A stretch of DNA of 64,000 nucleotides from Eukaryota sp. TZLM1-RC (Eukaryota; Protista; Metamonada: BaSk clade), in contig JAUPSS010000003.1 in assembly GCA_040285825.1 (NCBI GenBank), positions 1,116,001 to 1,180,000 on the forward strand, written 5' to 3'. The position numbers and the translations under genes are program-made. Every line of letters begins with the position of its first letter. The stretch's first letter is position 1. Of the stretch, positions 1-11,199 are shown in pieces. Under the pieces are notes generated by a model. It worked only from the letters and a program-made list of their open reading frames with translations. It did not search any database and had not been told where the DNA came from.

Positions 1-1000
1 GACTCATTCAAAAAAACCTGAGAGAGATAAATATGTTCATTTCAGGTACACTCAAAATCAACGAAGATTTGAGTCGAAAAGTTCCAAATTCAGAAGAATA
101 AGAGACAGCATAAGGAATGACACTCTTATCACAATAAGTAAATTACTGGTAGAGTGATTGATCTATCCAATTATGAACCATCTGAAGAGCAACAACAAAG
201 GATGGATTTAAACAGCAGTATAATTAGTCAAATGACTGAAAGAACAATTAGTTTATTAAGAGGAAAAGTATCTCAAGAAATCAATATTCCCCACGAAATT
301 GATTACTCATTAAATTTGAGAAACAATGATCACACTACTAAATCTGTAGCAGAATGTGAAGCCACTTTATCCCAATTCAATTCCACAAGCTGCAGGTTTG
401 ATAGATTTATGGCATATATTAAACAAAAAAATTATGTGAATAGTATTGTTGGTGAAGTCTATCATCAAAAAATATCGAGGAAACTAAGATGGTGGGCTGA
501 GATTAATCGCACAAGATCTGAGGCGAAGATGATCCAGAGATTCAAATCAGTAATTGGTGATCCCAGCCCAGTAGTTATCGGAATCGGAGACTGGGAACAA
601 CGAAAACACATGAAATTCAAAGAACCTACCAAAGGAAAAGGTTTGAGAACTCTATTTAAAAAGGCTGGTTATAAGGTCTTTTTGATTGATGAGTTTCGAA
701 CCAGTTGTTGTTGTTTCAATTGTGAAGAAAGCGGAGAAAACAGTTGATGCATTCCGGTGGTGGAGAATTCCTAGGCCATGGAAGAGGCATGAGATGTTTA
801 TTCGTCACAGGCTTACCATGTGTAAATCATGCGAAAGTTTGTGGAATAGAGATCGAAATGCTTCATTGAATATGTTGGCAATGATGGAAGCACATGTAAA
901 AGGTGGAGATAGACTGGTATACCTACAAAGAGCCAAGGTTGATGAAGGTTCAAAGCAAAAGAAAATCTTCCATCTCAAATCAGTATCTTTACATTGGTGA
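1..1000 (+). pseudogene. Fanzor (TnpB-like RNA-guided nuclease), C-terminal half, frameshifted, truncated by window start
   Basis: FRYTQNQRRFE near nt 40-75; GIGDW, RuvC-II IDEFRTSCCCFNC, CKSC and RuvC-III WNRDRNASLNM across ORFs 154-747 and 686-1000; frame breaks near 150 and 740; RuvC-I lies outside the window. Confidence 0.9.
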
Positions 1001-1033
1001 AGGAAGGACACTTATTTCATTGTTATAGACAAT
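941..1033 (+). ncRNA. putative omega-RNA scaffold overlapping Fanzor 3' end
   Basis: Stems GATGAAGGTT(941-950)/AATCTTCCATC(964-974), TCTTTAC/GTGAAGGA, ATTGT/ACAAT(1019-1033); position expected for Fanzor omega-RNA; boundaries inferred. Confidence 0.4.
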
Positions 1034-1043
1034 ATCTTTTAAA

Positions 1044-2105
1044 ATGACTGCAACAATGGTCAATGATACCTTTGAAGCACAGTTACTCAGTTTCAGGCGA
1101 GATCTTGAGAAGATTAGATCAATCTATAGCCCAACTTCAACATCCACTACTCCAACAACGCCTTCTTATACAGAATCAAAGCCAGTTCCAAATAGAAAAC
1201 CTCCAAAACCTGTACAAAAATACCAACCTTCCGCTCAACACACGTCTACTTTCCAGCATTCTTCCATTCCATTTCCTACCGACAATTCGTATGCTCGTTC
1301 TCAAATGTCAAGTCTCAAGAGCGATCTACGCCTTGCCCAGGATGAAATTAATTCACTTAAATCAAAACTAAGTCAGGCCGAGCAAGCTAACGACCATCTC
1401 CAACAATGCCTTGTTACTGCACACGATCAACTTGCGAATTTAAATCAAGAATTGATCTCAAATAATAAGACTCATTTAATTGACCAACTTCAATCCAAAC
1501 TGTCGGCTGAAATGTTTGAGAACTCAAGGCTCAGTGATCGGATCTCCGTTCTTGAACAAAGGCTACTAAGTAGGGAAAAGGAAAAAATAAGAGAGTCTGT
1601 TTCAATTCCTTTTGTGAATTCCCATTCTGGGGTGACTCAACAGCAGCATGATTCTTTAAAACAGCAGTATTCAAGTCTTGAGTCATTGTATAATAAATCA
1701 AAAACAGATAATACAGAGTTGCTGGCTAAATTGTCCATGTTAAATTCAGAAATCTCCCGAGTGTGTGCAGATAATGCCAAATTGGCTTCTTTGCTAGAAG
1801 AAAGTCAGAGAGGAACATTTGAAAGTATTAGTTATCTGAAGGGAAAACTAGAAGAGAAGGAAGGTGAAGTGTGCAGCTTGAATGGTAAGATAAGTGACTT
1901 AATGGATGAAATCACTGAAAAATCAAAGTACATTAGTGAATTGAGTCAATTATTAACTGATAATCAGTCAGGAGTGTTGCAAGCTGTTGGTGGTCTAGTT
2001 TCCATCAATGACGTGGCAAATCCATCTAATGATGTGTCGATTCAAACGGATGATGTGGTGATAGAGGATTTTGAGCTATTCATTAATCCTCTTCGAAGTT
2101 TGTAA
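1044..2105 (+). CDS. coiled-coil protein, unknown function
   Basis: 353-aa ORF, S/T/P-rich N-terminus then long heptad-like region. Confidence 0.8.
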   Translation: MTATMVNDTFEAQLLSFRRDLEKIRSIYSPTSTSTTPTTPSYTESKPVPNRKPPKPVQKYQPSAQHTSTFQHSSIPFPTDNSYARSQMSSLKSDLRLAQDEINSLKSKLSQAEQANDHLQQCLVTAHDQLANLNQELISNNKTHLIDQLQSKLSAEMFENSRLSDRISVLEQRLLSREKEKIRESVSIPFVNSHSGVTQQQHDSLKQQYSSLESLYNKSKTDNTELLAKLSMLNSEISRVCADNAKLASLLEESQRGTFESISYLKGKLEEKEGEVCSLNGKISDLMDEITEKSKYISELSQLLTDNQSGVLQAVGGLVSINDVANPSNDVSIQTDDVVIEDFELFINPLRSL

Positions 2106-2334
2106 TTGTTTTGTGCTTGAAGATTCACTTTTTGATGCATTTTCATTTATTAAATCCTTTTGTATTTTAAAATCCTCAAAACAGATAAAGACTGGAATGT
2201 TACTCATTTCTGTCAGTTATAATGTCATTATTGACGTTTGAACTTTCAATAAAATGTGTTAATTCAAACTTTTAATTTACCTTTATTATTTTTTTCAAAT
2301 AGAACATCAGTTTATATGAATTACTAATACGTAA

Positions 2335-2685
2335 AAAATTCAGTGAACGGTTGTCCAAATTGTCTTCCCAACAGCATGCAAAAATCAATTTGTATCCATT
2401 TGTATTTTCTTTATTTGGTTCACTTCCTTCAATTGCTTTACGTTTTTTGGCAGATTTTGAAAGGATTGTGAGGAAAAGGACCAATAGAAATTTCAACAGA
2501 TTGTTTTGGCAAAATAAAATTGTGTTTTCTATTTTTAAGGGGATGTTGGAGATGGTTTTTGATGCTTTGCTTTCTCTTGGATCTCACTATGAGAGAGTTG
2601 CATCTAGTGTTTTTGTTTTAGGAGAGATGGATTATTTAGATGTTGTTTTATAAGTTGTTTAATAAAAAACATATTATTAAAAAAA
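2335..2685 (+). mobile_element. 3' fragment of non-LTR retrotransposon (family B-like)
   Basis: YPFVFSLFGSL...FWQNKIVFSIFKGML matches C-terminus of element at 35627-38261; AATAAA and A-rich tail. Confidence 0.85.
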
Positions 2686-2829
2686 CTATGACTAGATTTG
2701 AATACACAGTACTGTGAATTTCACTTATCATACATGAAATTCACTCCTGTTTTCAACTCCCTCAGTGTCTACTCACAGGCTGTAAGAGACATGTAGCATC
2801 ATTTGACAAAGACAATCATGATCTTCATC

Positions 2830-2979
2830 AATGGGCTACCTCACTTAAATACACCTACTGCTTTCACAGAACAAAGCCTCGCGACTTGATGTATCTAAGT
2901 GGATCTACCAAATGCTACTAGGGCATTTGTAGATCGGTCTCAAAAGTTTTTGTTTCTGTATGCTCAGGTTCCCCATTCA
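2830..2979 (-). ncRNA. putative Fanzor omega-RNA scaffold
   Basis: Immediately 3' of Fanzor stop; 13-bp hairpin 2902-2935; 14-bp stem 2842-2855/2888-2901 with G-U pairs on the minus strand enclosing GCGA and GAAA tetraloop hairpins; closing stem 2830-2841/2966-2977. Confidence 0.75.
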
Positions 2980-4931
2980 TTTCATCAACAGAGCTTCTGG
3001 GCAAATGTATCTTTCCGGCCACAATTCTGCTTTCTTCTTAATTTGAATATTTTTTGCAGCGGAAATATCTCTGTCATATACTATTTGACACTCAGTACAA
3101 ATACGCATCTGCCATGAGCCTGCTTGAATATTCTCGGCCATGCAACAACTTGACATTTTGCTTGTATTAAATTCACTGGTTGACAAGGGCTTCACGTCCT
3201 TTTGATAACACAACCAATTTCTGAAAGCCCTTGCTGATCCATATCGATTGACTTTTCGGCAATGTGAAGGGAAATTAGCAGAACCCACAGCAAGATAGAG
3301 TTTTTCAGGATGTCCAGCCAGCCTTTGAAATTTGTTGAGACTCTCTCTGAACCGTCTCTCTTTTCGTCTGCGGTTATCAAATTTAATTATTTTCCATTTC
3401 TGGCGATTACTTTCCAAATACACTTTCCTCCTGACCAAATTCCAATGGTTCAAATATTGGTTGAAATTTTGAACGGAATATTGGTTGGGAGAGTGTTTAC
3501 TGGGTGAAGGTTTTGTCATGTATCTTCTGCCAGTTGGACATGGGATAACTCCACATTGATTATCATTTAAGAAGTAACCACATAATCTTGATTGGCCAAG
3601 ATCAACGCCGATAAGGGGGGCTTTCAGGTAAAATTTCGACTGGATGTCTACGTCTTCGACGGGGCATTTTTTAGTACCCTTCAACTGTGTTTCTCTGGTT
3701 TTGTTGGCATTAGGGTCACTTTTCATTTCATTTTTTGATCTTCTTTTCTTTTTCGGTGGTTCATCCAGCTCATCTGTGTTTTCTGAGTCATTATTTTTAC
3801 CTTCAAAGGTCAAAAGCAGTTCATTACCATTAGTTTTCAATAAAATTTTGTTAAATCTATTTTTCAAACTTTTTCTGTTGATATTGAATTTTTGGTAAGG
3901 ACATTGTTTGAATATTCGTTTCAGACATGTATTTTTGATAAACTTTGTTTTGGAAGATGATCCTTCAATATTAGGAAATGTTTTCACAGAGTGGAAAATT
4001 TGTGAAGGTACCTCAATAAATTTAGAACCTTTATGAGAAGCTAAAGGTATTATTCTGAATTTCTTCCAGCAATGCATATGAGAAAAAAAGTGAGTAAGTA
4101 TTGTGAAATTTTAAGATTGAAGAGAAAAAGCTCACTAATTTCCTTTGATGAAAAAGTGATTTTATCATGTGAGGACAGTAGGGAGGCAGTGGTAGGAAAT
4201 CTTTGAAAGAGATTCAAGATAAACTTACATGCATTTAATAAGAAGAATCTTTCTCTTGAATTATTCAAATTGAAATTGATGAGGTATTCAAGAACAGATT
4301 CAACTACTACTTCCTCGTGTTGGGCTAGTGGTTCATCTGGCAAAAGTGAAAGAATATTATTTGTAAAGACATTTGTTTTATCCAGGGCTCTACAATGAGC
4401 ACGAATAAAGTTTTTTGTCCAGGATTGACAAATTTTAGGTAAACTTGTCTTCACGTTGGAGGCCAATTGACGAGCCCGACAAGCAAGGTAAGGAGAAAGC
4501 CCTTTTCTATTGATAAAATTACAATTCTGAGATTGCAGCCAAGCATTGAGAAAAAGATTTAATGAATTTCTGTAAGGCACTAAAGAATTTTCCCACACAG
4601 AAACAAGAGACCTGTCTTGTGGGCATTCAGGAAGAAATCCATTGTAAAAGATATGGAGTAATTGGCGTTGGCCTTTAGATGTGGAAGGCTTAGGAAAAGA
4701 ACCAGTGGTGATGACGGTCATAAACAGATACCATACATCCTGTTTCACTAAAGCTCTAGATGCCAAAGGAAAATTCAGAAGAAAAGATTGAAATAATAAA
4801 GAAGCTTCATGACAAATCTCGGTGACCACAGGAAGGTCAGTCCGAATTTGTTGCACCGCTGCAGGGGTCAGCAGCGAATTAAGTGCACAAGACCGAGTGA
4901 ATACACGTGACACAGAGTGGGTGTCTGTCAT
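2977..4931 (-). CDS. Fanzor nuclease, near-intact (~650 aa if one frameshift at the T7 run near 4083-4089 is corrected)
   Basis: ORF 4050-4931 (helical N-terminal lobe) overlaps ORF 2977-4077 with RuvC-I LIGVDLG, LAVGSANF, RuvC-II TSEFNTSKMSSCC, CTEC, RuvC-III YDRDISAAKNI. Confidence 0.88.
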
Positions 4932-5138
4932 GTAGTGAGAATAAAGAGCTCATCTATCAAATTTTACACTTGTCACCCCATTTTCGACTTCTGGTTGCCT
5001 GTTCTGGTAGGTTTTTAACCCTCAACTTGGTTTTGGGAGGTTTTCACTATTCCCACACTTTCCCCTCACTTCATAAACTAGGTTCATAAACTAGGTATCA
5101 TTTGTAAAAGTTTCTGGAATTTCAACTCTATCTAACTC

Positions 5139-5575
5139 ATGAAAGACGCTCTCAGCATCATCAACAGATTAGTCCACGATACTTCTTTGTCTAAAGAACG
5201 TTTCTTTGTTGGTTTTGAGGATAGATTTGGCGGTGTATTCTTCCTCCCTCTTCACGATTTTCTTGCCTTATCTGTACCATCTCACAGAATTCGCTACATA
5301 TCTAAAGGAAACTCAATTCTCTGGTCTCGCACAAAACGAATCAACCTTATTGGCTCTGTTGCACCTTCTGTTTCTTTATTCTCATCTCCAACACCTGGTG
5401 TTCTCTCCCGATATTTTCCTCCTCATGCTACTGGTAGAAAGAATTTCCAGTTACCTTTCTTCTCTAACATTGTTTCTTGTAGTGTAGGTGTTCATCATAC
5501 ATTGGCACTCACTGCTTGTGGTAATTGCTATGGATTTGGTCTGAACAAATCTACCAATTAGGCAACAACTACCCC
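5139..5575 (+). pseudogene. MJ1316/DUF504-like domain fused to an RCC1 repeat; apparently truncated
   Basis: IINRLVHD...VGFEDRF..VPSHRIRYI....LWSR (DUF504 pattern); SVGVHHTLALTACGNCYGFGLN then YQLG in another frame (RCC1 repeat). Confidence 0.65.
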
Positions 5576-6300
5576 CAAAGCAGCACTTTCAAACCGTTTT
5601 CCTAAGATTTTTTAGAAATTCAATCAATTTATCTATCCTAAATGAACCCTGGAGAAAACCAAAAGTCGAAATGCTATACGATACGTGTGGATAAGGTTTG
5701 TCAAGTGGCATAAAGGTAGTTAGTGTTCATCATCTACTGAGATTTCATGTTATTATTGATTAGCTACTTGCTTCAATTGTGATGTATCCGGCACAATTCC
5801 ACAGAAATGATACTATCAATAATGATTGAAGTTTGTTAACAATAATTGAGTTCTGCGAAACAGTGAAAAGATTTCTGTATGTATGTTATCATGAAGCTTC
5901 AGTTGTTTTGATGAACACACAACCATCCTTTGATGAACAGCAATTATAAATCCTCTATTAATGAGAAAAACATTAAAACAGCCAACAAAGGATTCACATA
6001 TTTACACTGTTGTGACAGCATGTCAATGCTAAAACATTAAAATCAAATAATTAAGCCATATTTATTTCTATGCAATACAAATCCAACTAATCCAATACAC
6101 AGTAATAATAATGAACAACAGTCATTACCTCAGATGCTACCAGTAACTCTTCTTGTAGTATGGGTCTCAGACTAGACATAACTTACCAATCTTACTAACC
6201 TTGTCTGTAATCAATCTGAATGGACAAGACATCTTTCCTAATCTACAGGTTTCTACCTGCGTGTTCATTTCACCGTTCTTAGCTTCTCTACACTATTGTC

Positions 6301-7110
6301 ATGACCTTGCCACATCGAGTGAATTATAGAGTTTCAGACCCATCTCCTCCGCCTCGTAAGTGCTCATTTTCTCTCATCACAGCTGTAGAAACGCCTCAGT
6401 TTGCCCTTTACAGTGATCCGACATCTCAACATTATCTTTATCCCACACAACATGCGATATCATCACCAACCGGAACGGATGGTCTTTCATACTTTCCTAA
6501 TCATGATGGTGGTATCTCTCAGCAAAGGAGGTCTTCGGATAGTTCAGATCAATTAGCTCCAGATCTGGCGACACAAAATCCAGCCTACAATAAAGCTTAC
6601 CGAACGTACGCTCTATCACATTTGGCTGAGAAGGACCCATTGCGGTTTTGTGCATTGTCTCCCGACGAACTGACTCCGAAATTTAGGGAGATTCAACAGC
6701 GTTACATTGCTGAGCATATGAGATGGACTGCCTGTCTAATATTGTCTTATTTTAAGGATAACTATGCATCACATCTTCCACCAGAGGCACAGAACTGGAG
6801 GATTCCAAGGCTCAATGAACTTTCTATTCAACCAGATAGTTCTTCACCGTGTAGTTTTGAGGAGCAAGTGGTGAAGGACATTCATGGACGAAAACATCGA
6901 AGGGGGTCGACATCAACATCATGTCCTTCTACTCCTGCCACTCCTTCTTCTGCTCCCAGTTTCTCGTTTCTTGAACCACCTGCCATTAGCACAAATCCTT
7001 TTACTAATCCATTTATAGGAGAATTCAGTTCATCTTTCGACACTTCTGAACAATCAGTTCAACTGGATCCAGTAGATGATACTGATTGTCCCTTTTCTAC
7101 CTATTTTTAG
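6301..7110 (+). CDS. hypothetical protein, probable 27-nt in-frame intron 6356-6382
   Basis: 269-aa ORF; GTAAGT...CTCATCACAG fits the local intron consensus. Confidence 0.7.
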   Translation: MTLPHRVNYRVSDPSPPPRKCSFSLITAVETPQFALYSDPTSQHYLYPTQHAISSPTGTDGLSYFPNHDGGISQQRRSSDSSDQLAPDLATQNPAYNKAYRTYALSHLAEKDPLRFCALSPDELTPKFREIQQRYIAEHMRWTACLILSYFKDNYASHLPPEAQNWRIPRLNELSIQPDSSSPCSFEEQVVKDIHGRKHRRGSTSTSCPSTPATPSSAPSFSFLEPPAISTNPFTNPFIGEFSSSFDTSEQSVQLDPVDDTDCPFSTYF

Positions 7111-7251
7111 GTAGTTTTAGTTGCACCTTTTGTCGACATCTGGTTGGACCGTTGTCGAATGTCACATGTAGATAAATCAATAAACATACTATTGGTTAAT
7201 TTTTTATTTTTGAGGGTGTACAAAAAATATGAATTTTGTTTAAATAATTTA

Positions 7252-8081
7252 CTATGAAGTCCATTGACATTGTCCAGGTGGGGGCGTATTCTTCAGTCTA
7301 TTGAACCGACTTGCTGTACCAGTTTTTGGTGTTGATAAAGGGCTCTGAATAGGTGGTCCAGGTGTCGGTTTTCTTGTCATTGACAATCTTTTGTTGATTG
7401 GGGTTGAAAATTGTTTTGATGAAATCACTGGTGTTTTGATTGAAGGTGTACCTGAATATCCTCTTCTAGAATCTGGACGTAAAGACAGTCGAGGTACAGC
7501 ATTTGCTGGGGTTCTTGGTGTATTTGGTCTTCTGAGAGATAAAGTCGGGACTGATCTTGATCTAGAGGTTTCCAGTTCTTTTGTCAGACGGCTATTTTCT
7601 TCTTTGAGTACTTTAATTGTGCTTTAGTCAGGTAAATATACATGAGACACAAACTTTTCCATATCTGCTTTGGGCGCACTTTGTTTCAGGATTTGAAGCT
7701 CGCTTTGGAGGTGACCTATAGTTTTTTCCAAATGTGAGACATATAATCGATCATGCATGCGTCCAAATTTGTACACCTCCATTGTACGTTCTAACATGGA
7801 GGGAATATTTGTAAAATAATCTCTGACTGATTGCGGAAGCGTCTTGGCCTTTGATGAGGCGTCAGAAACGATTAGAACATACTCCGTCCCCAAAGCTGAC
7901 TGTAGATGCGCTGATATTACACAGTGGGCAAGTGGTATCTTCACCTGGGACACCGTTGAAGCATCGATTACAGAGAAAATGTCTATGGTGAAAATGTCCC
8001 ATTCACGTACCCACAAGATATAAGAACTGATTGATCTGTTATGTTGGTGTAGCAAGTATTACATCGAAAGCGACTGGACAT
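7252..8081 (-). CDS. RNF212/Zip3-family RING + coiled-coil protein, three introns (7983-8010, 7849-7882, 7622-7654)
   Basis: Spliced: MSSRFRCNTC..ISCGHFLCNRC..CPLC..LPQSVRDYF..MEVYKF..coiled coil..S/T/P-rich tail; the ORF track shows only the middle exon. Confidence 0.75.
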
Positions 8082-8472
8082 AATGGTGATGTTTTGAAGG
8101 TGGTATTTGAAGTGCCGGGAAAATGTCATTCTTCAACAAATTTAACAAGAGTGATGTTTCAGCACATGTTCACCCCGTCTTCTCTTACGCCGAGCTATTA
8201 CTTGGTATATTCTATTGAATTTTGTAGTGTATGGTTTGATGTTGTTTGTTTCTCATTCTGAGTAACTTCCAGTTTAACCAATTGTGTTTATATTGTAATG
8301 TTTTTAAACCCGTTTTAGTGATTATCAACTGTGATCTTCATTCATCAAATCTTTCAGTTAAAGTGTAATGAAAAGAACCAGGAAATCTTTAAATTTATGA
8401 TCAATTAATCAATTCAAGACATTTAGCAATTCAAAAACAATATAAACAAAGAACTTCTCAACCTAACCTAAA

Positions 8473-9873
8473 CTAAGGAAACAACTCCCAAAAGTCTTCA
8501 GGTTCAGCATCTTCAAAGACAACTTCTGAATTCAATTTTGTCAAGTCCAAACCAATAAAATCAGTAAACAACCGCAAAACTACTTGTTCGTCACTTCGAG
8601 CATCGTCACCAACCCAAAGAATAACTTTCTCCTTATGAAGATAAAGAATATGAATATAATCAGAGTCAAGGTCAGATATGCTAAAATTTGACACCTCACT
8701 AAATGAATTAGAACCAGGAATAAAAGTGTAAAATTGCAATAGACTGTTATCTCCAGTTTCATCTATTGAGTTTGACGGAATTGAATCACCAACAACTTCA
8801 CGGTTCTTGGCACCAAAATAGACTTCAAACATTTCTGCAAAACGGAGGACATGCTGACTGTTGCTATTTAAAGTAACAGTTCTTAACCGTGGATCATAAA
8901 CCAAATCACCTTCCTGTCCATCCACCATTACCAAGCAATCATCACCATCTCCAACCTTACCCTCTACAAAGGTGACTTCTTCTCTTCCAGAAAGCCTACA
9001 CCACAGCTTCTCCAGACCACATTCAAATGACATATTTGGATGGCAAATGGTACGTGACTCTCGAACTAATTCATAAGCAGCCTTATAATCCAACTGCAAG
9101 CTAAACATTAAGAAACTAATAACTACAGAACAAGATCTAGAAACACCTTGATGGCAGTGCACCAAAACTCTACCCTTGGTTTGGATGGCATTGTGGATGA
9201 ATGGAATGGTGATTGAAGAAACGGAAACAATATCAGCTGATGAGTCATCGGCAATGTTGATTGATAGGTAACCAGTTAAAAACTCGTGATGAAACTGCTG
9301 AGGATCACAACTGGAAGGTGATAGATTGATCACGTGTGTGATTGATTCTGATTGAAGTAATTGACCGTCACTGGCAGGTGTTTCCCCCGAAACATACAGA
9401 CTTTCGGTAATCTTTGACAATTTACCATGTTCAAAAGCTAGCTTGTCCTTTCTTCTTCTAGCAGAAATGTCAGTTTGATCAGGTACATGAGAGATGTTCT
9501 GCAAATCAAGTTTAGGAAGCACAACAGCAGGTGAAGGTCGTAGAGATGGTAACGTGGACTGGGGTAAAAAATCAAATTCGTCATCACTCTCATCATCAGT
9601 GATTTCACCAGGTATGGATGAAGGAAGACGTAGGGAAGGAGCAGCAGGTGCTTGTATGTCATCTTCTGAATCATCACGAACAGTACAGGAGGTGAAAGTG
9701 GGAAGTTGGGTTGCTGAAGAAACAGGGGGATGGTTTGATGAAGTAGTAGTTGATGTTGCTGTTGGTTGAACACCAGTGAAAGGCTTGACTTCATCCTTGT
9801 CGCCAGGGACAATAAACACTGCAAGAAGAGCGGCCATCAGGAGAAGGGCGATAAAGCCCAGGACTACGGCCAT
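8473..9873 (-). CDS. dual-specificity phosphatase with N-terminal membrane anchor and C-terminal gelsolin-like repeat (MKP1-like)
   Basis: VHCHQGVSRS, ITESLYVSG, CHPN; C-terminal LWVG...EPEDFWELF; hydrophobic N-terminus. Confidence 0.9.
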   Translation of the reverse strand: MAVVLGFIALLLMAALLAVFIVPGDKDEVKPFTGVQPTATSTTTSSNHPPVSSATQLPTFTSCTVRDDSEDDIQAPAAPSLRLPSSIPGEITDDESDDEFDFLPQSTLPSLRPSPAVVLPKLDLQNISHVPDQTDISARRRKDKLAFEHGKLSKITESLYVSGETPASDGQLLQSESITHVINLSPSSCDPQQFHHEFLTGYLSINIADDSSADIVSVSSITIPFIHNAIQTKGRVLVHCHQGVSRSCSVVISFLMFSLQLDYKAAYELVRESRTICHPNMSFECGLEKLWCRLSGREEVTFVEGKVGDGDDCLVMVDGQEGDLVYDPRLRTVTLNSNSQHVLRFAEMFEVYFGAKNREVVGDSIPSNSIDETGDNSLLQFYTFIPGSNSFSEVSNFSISDLDSDYIHILYLHKEKVILWVGDDARSDEQVVLRLFTDFIGLDLTKLNSEVVFEDAEPEDFWELFP

Positions 9874-11199
9874 TCTTAAGATAAAGTCTATAACAATGGA
9901 ATAAGTTACAAAGGATACTAGTATCAAAAATGATGTCACAAATTTGTAATTGCAATTCTTCTTTTCAATTGTTCAGTTCTCAAAACAACTTGGCATTATT
10001 TCAGTTGCCAAAAGCAAGACATTATAGGTTGGTGCTTCCATTTCTTCAAGTTTTCATTAAGTTTAACGGCACTCTTTAAACAACAATTGAGGATTGTTTT
10101 CCACTGTTTTAAGTAACAATTGTGTTTCTTTTTCAATATTTCCCTTAAAAACATTAAAGGACATGGAAAAGCCAATCACCCTGGAGATTAATGGCTTCTA
10201 CTTGAATTTTCAACTTGAATTTGATTTAAAAACTCAAAACGAACACTGTTCAGGACAATGACAGCATCATCGACAGCCTCAGGAAAATCAATCCTTTCAT
10301 GAATCAGAAAAACACCTCTGATTTTGCAAAGGCACAGTCCCAATAGTTGCTTAACTTTAACCCCTTTCCCCTTGAACGGCTATATCTACAGTCTTCGTCC
10401 AGCTGATTGTAAAAATTTTCTTTCAAAAAATACATTAATCAGCCATTCAATGCACTATGGATACCTTTCGCTCAGATTGACTTCTAAATTCACCACCATT
10501 GTTTGAGCAATTCTACCAACAGGTCTAGAAAAGTTTTCAATTCGTAGAAATGGAACTCCACCATGTATTCTCATTAGTTCTTCATAATTTTGATTAATAT
10601 AACATTTTAAATCATCACTTTTTTTACCTGATGGTTTCATGAGTAACTAATTTTATTGTTGCAATCAATCTCAACCTACATTGAGATGCCTCCACCATCT
10701 GTGTAGAAATCAGATGAATTGAACCGTGATCACCTCTATTCAATACAATCAGTTTAAGACAAAGAAATATGAATTCTGAAAAACTGAACAATTAGAGCAA
10801 AATGATCCAATAAAAACTTAAGCTCCGCTATTTTGATTATTGTTCTTAACGCTATTTTTATGCTCAAAAAGGTTGGGTTGACTATTTTTTTACTTTGCAG
10901 TAGTAAAAACAATTTTAGATTCAACACAGAAACAGTAATTGATTGTTGTTTCTCGATACTCAACAATACAATCAAAGGGGAAGTAAATTAGAAAATACAT
11001 TATTCAAGGCTTGGTAACTTCCACAAGTAATTGGTACGCAAGAAAATTTCAAGTTTTTGACGGACTAGATAAGAATTTTTTTGAGAAAGAAAGCAATCAC
11101 ACACATTGCTTTCAATATTTTTTCCCCAGGAATCTGATAAATCATTCTGTAAAGAATACAATAATTTGGATAGGGAAAATAACTTGTTCTTTTTGTCAA

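Noticed and set aside
7624-7626. TAA readthrough in ORF 7624-8055
   Set aside because: The stop lies within a 33-nt intron (7622-7654)
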